Source of the DNA: Podarcis bocagei
Lineage: Eukaryota
Strand: one strand, 5' to 3'
Length of the DNA: 64,000 nt
Assembly: GCA_964188305.1 (NCBI GenBank)
Contig: OZ076885.1
Of the stretch, positions 25,879 through 39,848 are shown one piece after another. Position 1 is the stretch's first letter, and the number at the start of each line of letters is the position of its first letter. The notes below the pieces were generated by a model, which did not search any database, was not told where the DNA came from, and saw only the letters and a program-made list of their open reading frames with translations. Made by a program: the position numbers and the translations under genes.

Positions 25879-28800
25879 TAGTTACATATGACTAGTTGGG
25901 ACGGAATGTGGATGGGGGTGTGCTTTCAAACCTGGGGTGGCCACATATCTTTCTTAACAGAGAACAATTCTCCATATGAAGGAGTCCTTAGTTTGAAGTA
26001 AAGCTGTTGGGCTCTTGAAGTCTTCCACCCTCCATTTGCAAGGAGAGAAATTGGGGAACCATTTCATCAAATTTCTCCAACAGTTTCTCTGGGGTGGAGA
26101 TCCCCATCTGCAGTGGCAGTTGCACAGCTTCTTTCTTTTTTCCTGTTTTGTTTGTTTGCTTTGCTTTGCTGCCATTGCAAGCGGGAGCTATAACAACTGG
26201 GCTGGCACCCTGGCCATTGTTTTGCATCCCCCACAATCCCTCGGGCATTGTTCCAGGGCACCGGGGGTGGGGGAGAAAATGGTATCCACCAAAAATTAAT
26301 GATTGCATACCCTCCAACATTTCTCCGATGAAAATAGTGACATAATAAGGAAAAGTGGGACATTCCAGGATGAAATCAGAAACTGGGACAGCTTTTGTAC
26401 ATCCGGGACTGTCCCTGGACAGTAGGGAGACTTGGAGTTTCTGCGACTGAGAAGAATTTGAGAAAATGCTGCAAAGTGTTCTTCTTTTTCAAGGGGGTGA
26501 GGAAAAGAAAAATATCAGAACTTTTCTTAGAAAACTACACCTCCAGGCAGGACTGGGATAGGCTCGTGCATGAAACCTCGAAGAGCCACTGCCAGTTAAC
26601 ACTGTGCAAGATGTTCCGACTCAGTATAAGGTGTCTTCCTATGTTCCTGGATCTAATGAGAAATGTCAGCTCAGCTATCATTTGAAGGGCTGTACAACCC
26701 AGGTCCGGTTTAAAGATACAGAACAATAAGAAGGTCTGGAAGTTGAACATCAGTAATCCCCTGGACAGCAAACCGAGCAGGCACACAGGTCACCTGCTCA
26801 GTCTTCTCCGCTATGTTGATCTGTACGTATTTATAAATTATTAAATAATCAGTCATTCCTCAATTTTCATCCATAAATTAACAAATGCAAATCTATGTTA
26901 TCTTTGCCCTTCTGTCATTTTTTAGTGATGCGTTTCTTCTTCTTTTTTGATGATATCTAAATGGCCATCTTATGCATACCCCATTAAAAGTGATAAAGTG
27001 TGGATGGACAATGTCTCTGTCTGAATGTGCATCTGAATTTTGACCATCTGCGTAGCAATATCCTCAGTAGGATGTGATTTTTGGATGCATATTACATTCC
27101 ACAACTGTCCCAGCTATGCAACTATACTTGATTGGATGAAGGCAAGAGAAGTATCAGTTTGTTGCAGCAGTTTTGCACCTTTTCACAAAGGGGTGTAATA
27201 TATATGTATATTCCATTTCTGAAATCTATTTCCATTTACTATATGGTCTGGGTGTTTTGTTTTGTTTTAAAGTTACTAGCTAAGAGCTAAGGCAAGATAC
27301 GAACTGGGGATTTTGCAGCTGACACTCTTAAGCCACTATGTTACACTAGTGCTAGTATTTACTGTATGGGAACTTCATCACCTTCTTCTGAATCTGAAAC
27401 CATTTCTACTTATTGTTGTAGCAGAACTGCCCCTGAAATTTACAAGGAGCTTTTTCGTTCAATTTCAGGTCCCTTGAATGCAACATGCTCATTAACATGC
27501 GCTGGTTGGAATCAGAGTCAGGGTAACCATTTGCAGGAGTTGTTTCTGATTGATTCCTGTGATTTATCCTAACTGAAGCTCTGGCCTGCTGCTACATGGA
27601 CTTGCTTGTTAATCTCGTCAGCCTGAATTGCTCACTTACAGCCAGTGCACACAAAACAAACATCTGTCACCACCAGGAGACCACTTTCAAATGGCTCTTT
27701 GCGGCACCTGCTTCCTTCTGGGCGACTGCTTGTGTACAGAGGTTGGTTCGCCACAGGGAGTGAGATATCTGAATGGTTGCAAAAGCAGGCATGAAAACCT
27801 AAAAATCCCTGTGTCAGGGCACTGCAAAAGTAGGGAGGGAGGCATTCCTCATAAGGCCCAACAGGGAAATATGTTACATTCAGATAAGGTCAGGAATACT
27901 GATGCTCCAGAATACCTGCGTCTTTAAAAAAAATAATTAAAAATTAAAACTGCAGCACTTACAATTTATCATGGTGGTAATGGTGGACCGAAACAAAATG
28001 GCTCACATGACCAGGGAAGGAGCAACTGAATGAGAGTGGGAAACCGCCCACCAGATTGTCATTGCCACACCCATCAAAACCTTAGCTGTAAAACAGCTCT
28101 GGTGCACCCACATCTAAGTTTTTGGTGCTGCTATTCCAGACCTTTCCCAAAAGCCACATTATCTGCAATTGGGGAAAAATGGATGGCAGCAGGAGGGCAG
28201 AGGTAAAGGATGAAGATGGGGATACAGATGCCTTGTTAAAAATAAAATCCTGTCAGAACTACTGGGAGAAATGCTGTAAAACAGTCTTCACCCATCTGGT
28301 GCCCTTCCGGTGTTTTGAACTACATCTTCCATCAGCCTCTGCCACTATATTGGCCGGGGCTGATAGGAACCATAGTCCAAAATACTTGGAGGCCTCAGGC
28401 TGGCAGAGTCTGCTATGGATGCACTCTAGTTGTCTATTTGGCCCTCCTCTGACCAACATGTAATCTTCCAAGGGTAGAGATGTCTTTCCCACGCTTTCTA
28501 AATGGAGCTGTGGAGGATTGAACCAGGGACTGCCTGAATGCAAAGGAGATAATTCAAATGTGCAATAGCTTGCTGCAAGTGTAGCAGACCTAATTTTCCT
28601 GTTCTGATGGAAGGTTATTAACTCCGCCATCAAAACTGCCGAGGAGGTGAAACCTGCTATTTTCAGTCTTTCTGGGAAGTGGTGAGAGAACTGAGTAGCT
28701 GATTAATCAAGCTCAGTAGCAAGGCTTTCGGGTGTGCATTAGACGTGCAGCATGCCAGATACATTTGCGTTAGTTAATGTACTGTATAATGCATATATTT

Positions 28801-29268
28801 TCAACAGTGGCAGTACAGACATAACCCATCTCACAGTCCAATCGTACTTTGTTCTGCTACAGAGCATAGGGGGTTAATAAAGTCTAATTGTCATAATCAT
28901 GTCGCACACAGAAGCACCATGAGTTACAGGGAGCAATGTTTGCATCAGGCACACTTTATATTAAGGCTGTGAGCCCCAACGATTGAGCCGTTTGATCAAA
29001 TATTTGCATGAAAAGGCTGCTTTGAAAATTCAAATAAATATTCATAACCAATTTTTAGCTGCGTTCGCATGGATCTTAACCAGATCAACGGAATCTCCCG
29101 GAGTTGCTCTTAGCTCATTTCCCCAGCTATGCTGGAGTCCACTAAATGTATTGGTTTGCCCCACATTATAATCTGAAAACGTCAGAAGCGTGAGCTTTCT
29201 ATATTCATGGCCCACAGCTAAGGCACAGGCTCTTTATCGATTTTCTGGAAGCTTCTGCCGGCTGAAGC

Positions 29269-29279
29269 GTGTGTGTGTG

Positions 29280-29336
<57 letters not shown>
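29269..29336. repeat. (GT)n(CA)n microsatellite
   Basis: Seen directly. Confidence 0.95.
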
Positions 29337-29337
<1 letters not shown>

Positions 29338-30295
29338 CCCTGTAGGCTTGACACCGTTACTGCTAAAGCAGGGAGGAAAATGAATGCTCTGTAGAAAATA
29401 AAATATTTTCCACACAAAAAAATCCTTACTAATCACAACAGTCCCCACTATAAGCCCATTTAAGCTCAATGAGACTCCAGCTCATTCCCATTGTAAATAT
29501 TGCGTGCTTGAGTGCTGGGAGCGCAGAGCTGCCACATAAGAAATTATGCAAAAATAAAAGAGGGAGGGGGAAAGTAGAAATAAATTACAAATTGCAGATC
29601 ATTCAAAATTGCACAGGTAGTCATGGGAGGGAATTGCGACACATCAGAAAGTGGCGTGGTGGGCTCTGTTTCAGTGGTGTTCTTTATTTATTTATTATTT
29701 GTACTTATCACTCCCCCCTTCCCTAGATGGTCACAGGACAGGTTACCCAAAAAATAAAAGGGGTTACAATTAAAACTAGTGCAATTTACACTGAAATCGT
29801 AAAATCAAACCACATTATCCCAATCACACACCCCCATTTTTAAATTGCACTTCTTGTAAGAATTTCTGTTTCCTAGCAACTAGAGTTAGTAGTCTGAAAA
29901 CCGGAAAATTGAGATTTCTGCAATGGAACTGCTTGCTGGTTTGATGTCTGGGGTAGCTTTGTGATGGTTACACACAGAGCTGGCCCTGCTATTAGGCAAA
30001 TTGAGGCAACTGCCTCAGACAATGTTTACTGGGAGACGAAGGGGAATGGCATCCCCCTGCCATTTCTTCTGAGCGTCCTAGCTGTTCCGCTTCATAGGAA
30101 GACGTGTATGCCCTGCAGCCTGCTCTGTGCCCCCACAACCAGCCTGATTTCAGGTATAGTGGAAGATGGTGTTCCATCACCACAGTTAAAGTAAGAGTTG
30201 ACTTCCAGTGCAGCCAGCTTCCATTTGTGGAATTGGGGTGTGGGGGCATAATTTTGTCCTTCACCTCAGGCAGCATAATGTCTTAGATAAAAGTG

Positions 30296-30553
30296 ATACC
30301 CTCCAAGATTTATCTGATGAAAATAGGGATATCCTATTCCACACCCTCCAAGAATTCTCCAATGAAAATAAATGTCCCCTCCAATATTTCTCCAATGAAA
30401 GTAGGGACATCCTACTCCACATCCTCCAACATTTCTCCAATGAAAATAGGGATGTCTTAAGGAAAAGCGGGATATTCCAGGATCAAATCAGAAACCAGGA
30501 TGGCTTCAGTAAATCCAGGACTGTCCTTGGAAAATAGGGACACTTGGAGGGTC
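30296..30553. mobile_element. MITE-like repeat with four tandem copies of its ~40-bp terminal motif
   Basis: ccctccaa.atttctccaatgaaaatagggac at about 30296, 30341, 30377 and 30419; ends gggacacttggagggtct. Confidence 0.7.
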
Positions 30554-31097
30554 TCGAATGAGAGTTATTTGTTCTAATTAAAAAGTCTATTTTTGCATAT
30601 ATCCTGTATAGATAATATGAAAACACATTTGAAGATCTTACATTACATAAACTAGGGTTGCCGTATTTCAGAAAGTGAAAATCCAGACACAAAAGTTGTT
30701 CAGCTTTTTTTGGCAAAGTTGCTGAGGATTTTACTTTGGCAAAGTAGTAGAGGTTTGTTTGTTTTTTTAGTTTTGCACACAGTTGTTGAGCTTTTTTGAG
30801 CTATATTTAAGGAAATTCTCTAAAATCTAGACTTCCAGCATGGGACATTGCAGTGATTTCCGCTTGGACACTGTTTCTGACTGCTGTATTCCAGCTATGC
30901 CCGGGAAGTCCTGGACGTATGGCATCCATACATAAACTTTAAGGATTTTTCAAATGAAATGTGATATTAAACACTTGTATGAATTAGTTATAAAGATATA
31001 TTATTTATTTATTTTTAAAATACGGTAGATGGCAGAGTGATTTTAATAAAATGATTTCTACCTAAGACAGGATATTGCACCTGTGTTGCTTGATAGG

Positions 31098-31101
<4 letters not shown>

Positions 31102-31180
<79 letters not shown>
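31102..31180. repeat. (TA)n(GA)n compound microsatellite
   Basis: Seen directly. Confidence 0.95.
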
Positions 31181-31183
<3 letters not shown>

Positions 31184-31554
31184 GTGTGTAATTACTTATT
31201 TACCAGGACTAATAATTGTATGTTTAATAAAAGAGAGTGTGTACAACTGAAAGAATGAAGTAGGCCAATCTTCTCCCACCCAGTCCCCTCCAGATGTTTT
31301 GGGGCCTACAACTCCCATTATCTTCTGACAGCACACCACTCGCTGGATCCTGTCCGTGGTGTGGAACCTCCTCTCGGCAGTTAAGACATCAGTTGCTAAG
31401 AAATTGAAAATTAATAATATTCCATGTCGTACTGAGACTGCATTGACCTGTTATGTTTGCATATGTCAAAGAGAAGCAATGAGGCAACCATTTGTTGGCG
31501 TGTGGAATAGTTTAACACAATACATAAGTCTACATGGTCATGTCAGCAGTTCAG

Positions 31555-31820
31555 CCTAGCAGTTCGAAAGCACGCCAGTGCAAGTAGACAATTAGGTACC
31601 ACCGCAGCGGGAAGATAAATGGCGTTTCCGTGTGCTCTGGTTTCCGTCACGCTGTTCCGTTGTGCCAGAAGTGGTTTAGTTATGCTGGCCACATGACCTA
31701 GAAAGCTGTCTGTGGACAAACGCTGGCTCCCTCGGCCAGAAAGTGAGTGGAGTGCTGCACCCCATAGTCACCTTTGACTGGACTTAACCATCCAGGGGTC
31801 CTTTACCTTTTTTTTACCTT
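31555..31820 (+). mobile_element. Sauria SINE, 5' truncated
   Basis: cctagcagttcgaaagcac..gcaagtaga..ggccacatgacc..ggctccctcggcc..ggggtcctttacctt tail. Confidence 0.85.
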
Positions 31821-34800
31821 TTTTTAGCTTGTAATTATATTTGAGGTGAGAGAGCTAGAGAGCAATGTAAAAATGGTATTTACATCACTGAAGAGAAGAA
31901 CCGTATTATAGCCTATTTCTTGGTGGTTGTGGGTGATGCTGAGTTTTTGAATGGGCACTTCCTATCCTTTACTTTTCTGGGCTGCAGGTGTTCTTTGTTT
32001 CTATTTCAACTCTTCCTCAGGCTTGTGGTTTGGGGGCAAAGCTTCTTTTGCTCTCAGTCTATATGAGAACCCATCTGAGCTGATAAACAGCTGAAGGATG
32101 TGGGGCACAAGGGGGTGAATTTTCCACTGAAGCTGGTTTGCACACATGCGGCCTTTTCTCAACACCCTGCCCTTGGCTCCCTCCCTCTTCTGGTACGTGC
32201 GTGTGTGTGCACATGCACACCCCCTTACAGAGCGATCTGGTAGATGCCAGCGATTCAGGTGGGTGCATAGGCTTAATTTAAATGAAATAACCTATTTATC
32301 CAGCACACAGAACAGGAGATGAAGGAGCCAAAGGAGGGAAACTGTAACTGTAAGATAGAGATGATAAAAAGGGGCAGAAGGTTTGAGGAAGGAGATACAG
32401 ATCAGGAGTTGAGTTTCAAGTGGAAAGAGGCAACCTTCATTTATTTATTTCCTTTGTCATTAAGATGTCATTTGATGTGGCAAAGGGAGCAGCAGTAGGA
32501 AGAGGAGCACGCTAGGCTAGAAAATGTCCACACTGTCCTTGACTGAGAAATCTGGAAAGCAAGCTAATTGGAAGTGGCTATATGAAATGGTAATGTAGCA
32601 CCCAGGTTCACTGAAGTCCCCTGTCAGGCTGCCAACTGTTCTGTAGAGCAACGTGAGCCCTGAATGAGTCCTGTCCTTGTTATAAGCCGAAATATGCCTT
32701 CTATCTTCTTGAGCTCTGATCAGGCATGTGTCAGTGTTTTCACGCAGCCTGACGTTTAAGTCAGCTGGGCGTCATTTTAAAAAGTCAAATCTCAGTGCCA
32801 GGCGATGGGCCATTTCATAGATTTGCTGCATCTAAATGAGCTCAGATTCGCAAATGACCAGTTATAGCAGAAGTTATCCTCCCCATCACCACCCTGGTAA
32901 GCCACGGCAGCACTTTGCATTGTAAATTCCTGCAGTGTCAACTTGTCGCAATCGATTTGAACGTGACACCAGGAGGGTTAGGAAAACCGACCCGTACAGT
33001 GTATTGTGTAGCTGACGTCTCGTATAAACTGAGCTCTCCTGCTATGTGTGCAGAGTTAGCATGCTAACGCAATGCCTGTCTGGGCCACACATCCTTGGCA
33101 TTATATGAACTCATCTGGAAACAAAGAGACCTGGTTTAAATGAGACATCAGTTGCTTGGAGTGCTTGCAGTAGCTTAGGACCAGCCCAGTGCCAATAGAA
33201 AATGTAGTTATCTGCAATGCTTGCACAATCACATCTCATACACTTCTTGCAGTGGCAATGGACGTACTAGCTGGGGGAAGTGCTGCATGTTCTCAGGAGC
33301 AAAATATTGTGGTTTGACTGCTGGGTAAACGCCATTTCATGCACAACACTTGTGATTGCAATGGATATACTTGCTGGCATATTGAGGGCCGGCAACCATA
33401 TTTCCCCAATGACAACATCAGTTGAGGGCAGCCCATGTGAAGAACAGCTCAGCTGCACTGAAGTTAACTCCATTTGTATGTAATGGCTTCAGCACTTGTT
33501 TGGGTGCTATTCTTAAAAGTAGCAACGCAGCAAAATGAGTGATCTCTCTTACTTGGTGCAACCCCACTAAATTTAGCAATGATCATCTTCTACCAAATGT
33601 CTAGTTCCTTGTCATCAGCAGAGGTGGACAATTAGCCTTAATGCTGTTCTTAATGCTTGGCTTAACCTGGAACACTAGGTGGCAATACGGGCTGCAGGAC
33701 ATCACAGGACAAGTGACAGTGGGAGAAAGGAACCATACCCAAAACCTCAGAATTCAGAGTGGCATTCTGCTACATTTGACTCAGAAGAGACCCACTAAAA
33801 TTAATGACCATGACTAAGTTAGGCCCATTAATATCAGTAGGTTTACTCTGAGTAAAACTTAATTGAATCCTACCCTTAGATTAATTTTTAATGCACTATA
33901 AAGCACTTAATTGCTTTAGGTGGAGGATTATCTTAAGCACCACCACACATTTTCAGTAAATCTTCCATGTTTAGAAGAAGTGTGCCTCTAATTACCAGAT
34001 ACTCGGGGACACATAACAAGAGAAGGGACTCTTGCTTATGAGCTTCCCAGGGGAATTTTCCTGATTATTGTTAGAGACAGTGTCCTGGATTGCATGGGCA
34101 TCCAATCTGATCTCCAAGGCAATGGAGGAATCAGTGCAGGCAGTACATAGCACCTTATGATGCTCCGATGCACTAAATCAGTATCTCAGAAGTGGGCACA
34201 AAATCCTATCCCATCAATATGCAGGAATTGTTAAACTCCAAAGAGGAGGGGGTTGTTCTGTGCCTCTGAATACTTTTCTTCGTCTTCTTCTTCTTCTTCT
34301 GAGCAGTGCCTTCTGAACTGCACAGATCCCTCCTGTGTATCATCTCAAGAGACTTAACTAGTGGAGAGACTCTCTCCCTTGGGGGAAAAGGTGATGCTCA
34401 GCATAAATAGATGTGAGGCAGTATGTATATTATTATGCTGGACAGCATCACGAGTCTGCAGTGCTTCTGCTGTGGGGGATATGGAGCACAGCTCTGTTCT
34501 GGAATGCAACTTTGAAAAAGGTATATATATTTGTACTGACTTGACATCTGCTCCCTGTCCATAGGGAATCTTATCCGCTGGCATTACTGAGCATTCTCTT
34601 CATTTGGAGTAACTCTCTTTGCCAGGCATTTACAGTCCCCTTGTCACATCTGTTATATCAGGGCTGGGGCTTTGTTTCAGAGAGACATGTAGAGGAAGGT
34701 GGGAGAAATGGGTGCATTCTAGAAATCATATCATGCATTTTGCAAATACTTATATTTCTTTAGATCCCTTTGGAATATGTAAAATTAATCCCAATTTAGT

Positions 34801-37504
34801 TCTCATTTATTTCAGTGGGAACAAATTCATGGTTAGTTTTGCATACATCCTAAAGGGACCCAAGTGCAACTTACTTATCCTGGAGCGAATCTTGAGCATT
34901 TTAAAGATTGGAGTTATATTTCTTGCAAATATCGGACACGACATGTGCTGGCCTGAGGAGCATTAAATGCAAGAGAAATGCCACTCAGTGCTAAAATGCC
35001 CCTGAGTCAGCCAATCATGTCTCCCTGCTGAGTGCATATGGGGTAAGAGTTGACCACCAGTGAGAGCAGGGTTTCTTTGGCAAAAGCTCCAATTTCCTAG
35101 AATTCCCAGGACAGACTCATACAACCTCTTCCCTCTTCTCTTTCCATGGAAGCTTAAAACCTTTTCGAAATTCAGATTGCATTAGCTAACTGTTAAGTTT
35201 TATCGATTGGCGACTGCTATTTCTAACACTCTTTAAGTTTGTTGCTGTTTGATTGCCTCTCTCTTTTTAAATTTTGTGCGTATTTTTATTGTTGGTTCTG
35301 TTGTCGGTTGTTATCGTTTGGTCCTGTTGTAAACTGCTGTGGAATCCTTTTTGATGAAATGCAGCATTAAAAATATTTTTAATAGAAAATAAATAGCATG
35401 CACGGTACACGTTTGTTGCATTCACTCTTTTCATTCTTAGGCGTAGACATCAAAATATTTTTAAAAAACGACTTTGTTGAAAAATGAAATGTGCTAAGGG
35501 AAGAATCCTAACCCCACCCTAGAGCTGGCTGAGGAGCCTTAGAAAGTGGCATAGCATTCTGGCAGAGACAGAAGTTTGCTGGCAGAATGGCATTACGTAC
35601 ATTGCTAGAATGTCCCTGGCACACCAGTGAAGAGCACAGATGTTCCACTGGTGGGAGTGGAAACAGGGCAGGTTGGACATAGGCACAGATATGCCACTTT
35701 TTCCCCAACCACAGAAATGGAGAAAATCCACAGCAGCCCCTGGGGCTGGTGCAATTAACCCCCTCTAATGTAGTTAATGGGAGGGAAGACGAACAGGCTG
35801 CCCGCATCTTCTGCACTGCCCGCAGCAAGAATGGCAAAGCAATGGATGTGGCTGATGACTCTACAAGCCAATCTCTGAAATGCCTCCCTGCTCTAGCATA
35901 GATGTAAATTAGGGTTGCTCTACTTAAGACCCTCTTATGAAGATCTGGAAGAGACAGGGACCAGACAGGGCCCTTGAGAACCTCACAGACAACGAATGCC
36001 AGAGACTGGGAGAGCCCAAACAGCAGTCGCTCCCTGGCTCTTGATTCTGGCTTCTGGGTGCCCAGCAGCCCCCTCTCCCTCCCTCGCAGGCTGCACCTCC
36101 AATTCCAAAATCTGCAAGGAGAATAAAAAGCAGATATTCAAATCGCCATCATCACAAAAGTGCCACTGTCTATCTTACCATGCTGGGATGAGTAATAAGA
36201 ATTTGATCCCCGCTTCAGGAGAATGCAACTCTCTTAATAAATAGAAGATGCTTGTGCTTGGGTTTCATCAGATACATTCATTTATGCCATTAGATGCTTC
36301 TGGTCCTGGCTACAGTGCAGCACAAAGTGCGGGGGGCGGGGGCTTACAGTTAACCCAGACAGTATACTCCCAGACACATAGAGCAGCTGTCATTGCTCTT
36401 TGGAAATTGCAGAATTCCCATCAGCCCCAGCCAGCATGGCTGACGGTCAGAGTTCTTTGGTGGCCCACAGGTTTCTCAGCCCTGGCCTTAGAGCATATAT
36501 GAAGCTGCCTTATATCTAGTCAGAACGTTGGTCCATCTAGCCTAGCATCAGCAACCCTCCAGGGCGTCTGGCCAAGGTCCTTCCCAGCCTTGTTACCTGA
36601 GATGTTTTGAACTGGAGACACCAAGGACTGCATCTGGGCCTGACTGCAGGCAAAGCTCTTTGCTGCCAGCTGAACTCTGGTTCTTCCCCAAATTTGCTTC
36701 TGTAGCAGAAGGAACTGACGTCCTCCTTTCATCTCAGGAGTTCACAGGCCTTCACAAGCCCCAGGTGGAAAGCTAAAACTGCTCTGAGGTGGGGCTAGTC
36801 CTGGCAATCCGTGCCCCATTCCCCACAGTGAGGAGAAAGCAGAGCCCCTGAAACAGCAATTCTGGCTTTCTTCAGGTGGAACAGCCTTGACTAATCCCAT
36901 CATGAAAGCATCCCACCCTTATCCAAGAAACCCTGGCATTTAACTGAGAGCTCTCCCCAAGGAAGAAACTGTCAGAGAGGCTCTGGTTCCTAGAGCGAGG
37001 ACTTTGTTTTAGATCCATCCTGGGTAGCAGCTATGGGGAAGCCAGTGCTTATTGCCAGAAGCTTCTGCTTCAGCTGCTTGGATTTTGAAGCTAGAAGTCA
37101 GCCTGCTAGGGCAGTAGGCATGTCAGTGGATCAACTGCTTTGTGACAGTACACTGCCGGCTGGCCATACAAAATGGGGAAAAGAAATCTATCTGAGGCCT
37201 CAGTTCTTTTCTTCACCCTCATATAGTTATTCTCACAATAGCACAAGTTGGAAATCTCAGGCAGAATAAACACATGGCTCTGTGACTGCAACAAATTTCT
37301 AGTTGGTCCTGGGAATGGAGTTGGACACACATGTATCTTTGTGGGAATTGGTCTTCTTCTAAAATGCTGAATCCTTGAGGCCCAGACTGTGGGAACAGGT
37401 AGGTCCCTTTCAGTTCTCAGCCTTGCCATCACCCTTGGCTGCTTCTGATGGAGGCGTTGCTGACGACAGATGGAGCGGCATCATCCCAGCTGCATCCCTG
37501 CCCT

Positions 37505-37605
37505 TTAGGCCCACATGTCATCATAATCGCTGCTGCTGCTGTCAAATGAGCTGTTCCCAGGCCCAGCCTTGCAGTTCACCAAAGGTCTGGGGGAAGCTGT
37601 CGAAC
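37505..37605 (-). CDS. CD6: CD6 last coding exon (GSTASPRP...SSSSDYDDMWA*)
   Basis: Acceptor tttctttgcttcag|, C-terminal DYDD motif as in human DDYDDISAA*, TAA at 37507-37505. Confidence 0.92.
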
Positions 37606-38349
37606 CTGAAGCAAAGAAATGAGGGCATTTCAGGTCAGCTGCCAAGAAGAAGGAAGAAGCTCAGAAGGAAAAGATGCTGAGGGGGAAGCTGAGGTGCTTG
37701 GTGACCTAACTATCCAGCTGCGAAGCCTCTCTGGAGGTCTTGCTGGGTAATGAGGGAGAAAACTATCGGCTTCTCAGGGTGGAGAGCTCTGGCCCCTATT
37801 CTTCTCTCTTTAGGCGATCTTGCTCTGCTTGACCATCACTAGAGCCCTGCATTGTGGGCTGCAGTAATTGGCAGCCCTATATTTAGTTGAGGATGTGCGG
37901 CACCCACAGCCATTAACTGTCCCACAATAGGAATCCATTTTGTCTAAGCCACAGATGGCCACCTGGCAGCCTAGAGGTCAGACACGCCCTCCCCAAAGCA
38001 ATGCTATAAGGCCCCTGTCAGCTCTACTGAATTTTAATCAAATGTCTGGCCATGGTTTCATGTGGAATATTTTTCTTTAATGTTCCATCTCTCTTTTGTA
38101 TCTAACATGCAGGTACATTAGCAAATGTGTGTGTAACACAACGCCTGGCCATACATGCTCCATAACCGCAAAGCCTTAATTACCAGATGGTGTCAATTTC
38201 ATTACAGAGAATGACCTCACTTTTGAAGGGATCAGTTTGTGCTCGTCTCTGACGTTCAGAGTAGCTACAACCTTGTTTTATTTTGCGATGACCTTTGAAT
38301 GTGCTAGCTGACTAATTAAAGTTCCATTGATAACAATCCTACGCTTCAC

Positions 38350-38466
38350 CTCCAAAGGAAGGCTCGTTTCCTGGATGGCTTTCCTGCTTCTCTGGTTTCT
38401 GGATGTTCTCATACCAGTCTGCATCTCCAGAAGAGGTGCTGTCACTGTCTTCAGCTGCAGGTCCTG
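38350..38466 (-). CDS. CD6: CD6 penultimate exon (AGPAAEDSDSTSSGDADWYENIQKP...PSFG)
   Basis: This frame is not in the ORF track; translated by hand. Matches human [26 protein letters not shown] acceptor ttttctccag|cag|, donor GAG|gtgaag, 117 nt. Confidence 0.9.
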
Positions 38467-38578
38467 CTGGAGAAAACCAGGGACTTCATATGGCAGTGAG
38501 GAACTGGATCCAGCACAAGAAATCAGCAACAGCATCACAGTTACTATGCCCCCCTGAAAGATACAGAAAGGCTCTCAC

Positions 38579-38695
38579 CTGCTTGTGGATAGGCCTCTGA
38601 GGTGGGGTGCTTGTTGTCCCCCTCCTCGTGCATAGCTGGCATTGCAAAATTGTAACGGGGAGGGTCTTCATCAGTCACTCGGTTTCGAAGAGAAT
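38579..38695 (-). CDS. CD6: CD6 cytoplasmic exon (NSLRNRVTDEDPPRYNFAMPAMHEEG...YPQA)
   Basis: Matches human NSQRHRVTDEE...FQMPPLEEG. Acceptor cctgctttcag|, donor CAG|gtgaga, 117 nt. Confidence 0.9.
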
Positions 38696-39848
38696 CTGAA
38701 AGCAGGGGCCAAACAGACTTCATCATCAAGCTCCCAGATGCAGGGGAAGGGGAGAAGGAGGTTTCTTTCAAAACACAGGGGTAGGAGGATCCACAGAATA
38801 TCACTGTCACCCCCACCACCAAATGACTAAGGAGCACAAGTTGATTTGTCAGGAAAGTAGGCTATTATATATGCTGTATTCAAACAGCACACCTCTGAAC
38901 CATCAAACTTACAGATCCTTTAACCCTAAGTTCCCACAACTCTTAAAGTTTACAAGGTTTGCCCCTTGTGGCTTTTTGTGGTTTTCCCCCCCCCCCTTTC
39001 CAGGCAAACCAAAAGGGCAAAATTCCTCCTCAGGTCTGCCTGGGTGCCTTCCTGCTCCCTCCTTCCCCAGTCCTCTCCTGCTACCTCTCTGCCTTCATTC
39101 CCAACCTTGTCTCAACTAGCTGGGAGGGGCCAGTTGAATCCATGGGCTGCCCCTGCAGAGCATTTTCTGCTCCCTACGCAGTCCCTGCACGAACCCATTG
39201 ATGGGATTTTATTGGGGTGGGAATGAAGAAACACACTGGACACATACTCAGCTTCCTAAATGCAACCCCTAACAAACATTCAATTGCCTCTGAATGTGGA
39301 TTGCATAATAACCCAGGCATATAGATGTGGGGCACAGAAGTCTAACTTGCATCTCTTAGTAGAAAACCTGCACTTAATCTGCTTTTAAAGTTTGCAATGG
39401 GAAAATCTTCGGGGACTGTGGAGGGAGGGAGTTAGGGAAATAGCAGGTGGGCCAAGCGGCACCAAGGAACAGTAGTGGTGGAGAAGGAAGTGTTTAAAGA
39501 GCCTAACTAAATATTAAAATCAAAAGTGTGGCATGCAGTTTTGTCTGCATTTTTCCTTTAATACTGATCTAAGTCAGACTTCTGAAACTGCTGCTAGTCA
39601 AGCAGAGGGGTGTGTGTGAATATATACTGGGATATATTGGGGGGGGGAGTGGGTGGAATTTTGATTAGGAAAACAGCACAAAGGAAAGGGTTAAACACCC
39701 CCCAGTCCTGATCAAATCCTTTTGGCTCCCTTAAAGTAGAACCACAAAGGATCACGAGGGATTATCATGGATGTACAGCTTGGTCCAAAGAAGCTAGGAA
39801 GTTTCTGACAAGAAAGCAGTGTGTGCCTGGCAGTGGTGAGATGCTCAC

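Noticed and set aside
30296-30460. CRISPR-like spaced direct repeats
   Set aside because: Eukaryotic DNA; the units are degenerate tandem copies of a MITE terminal motif with no unique spacers and no cas genes.
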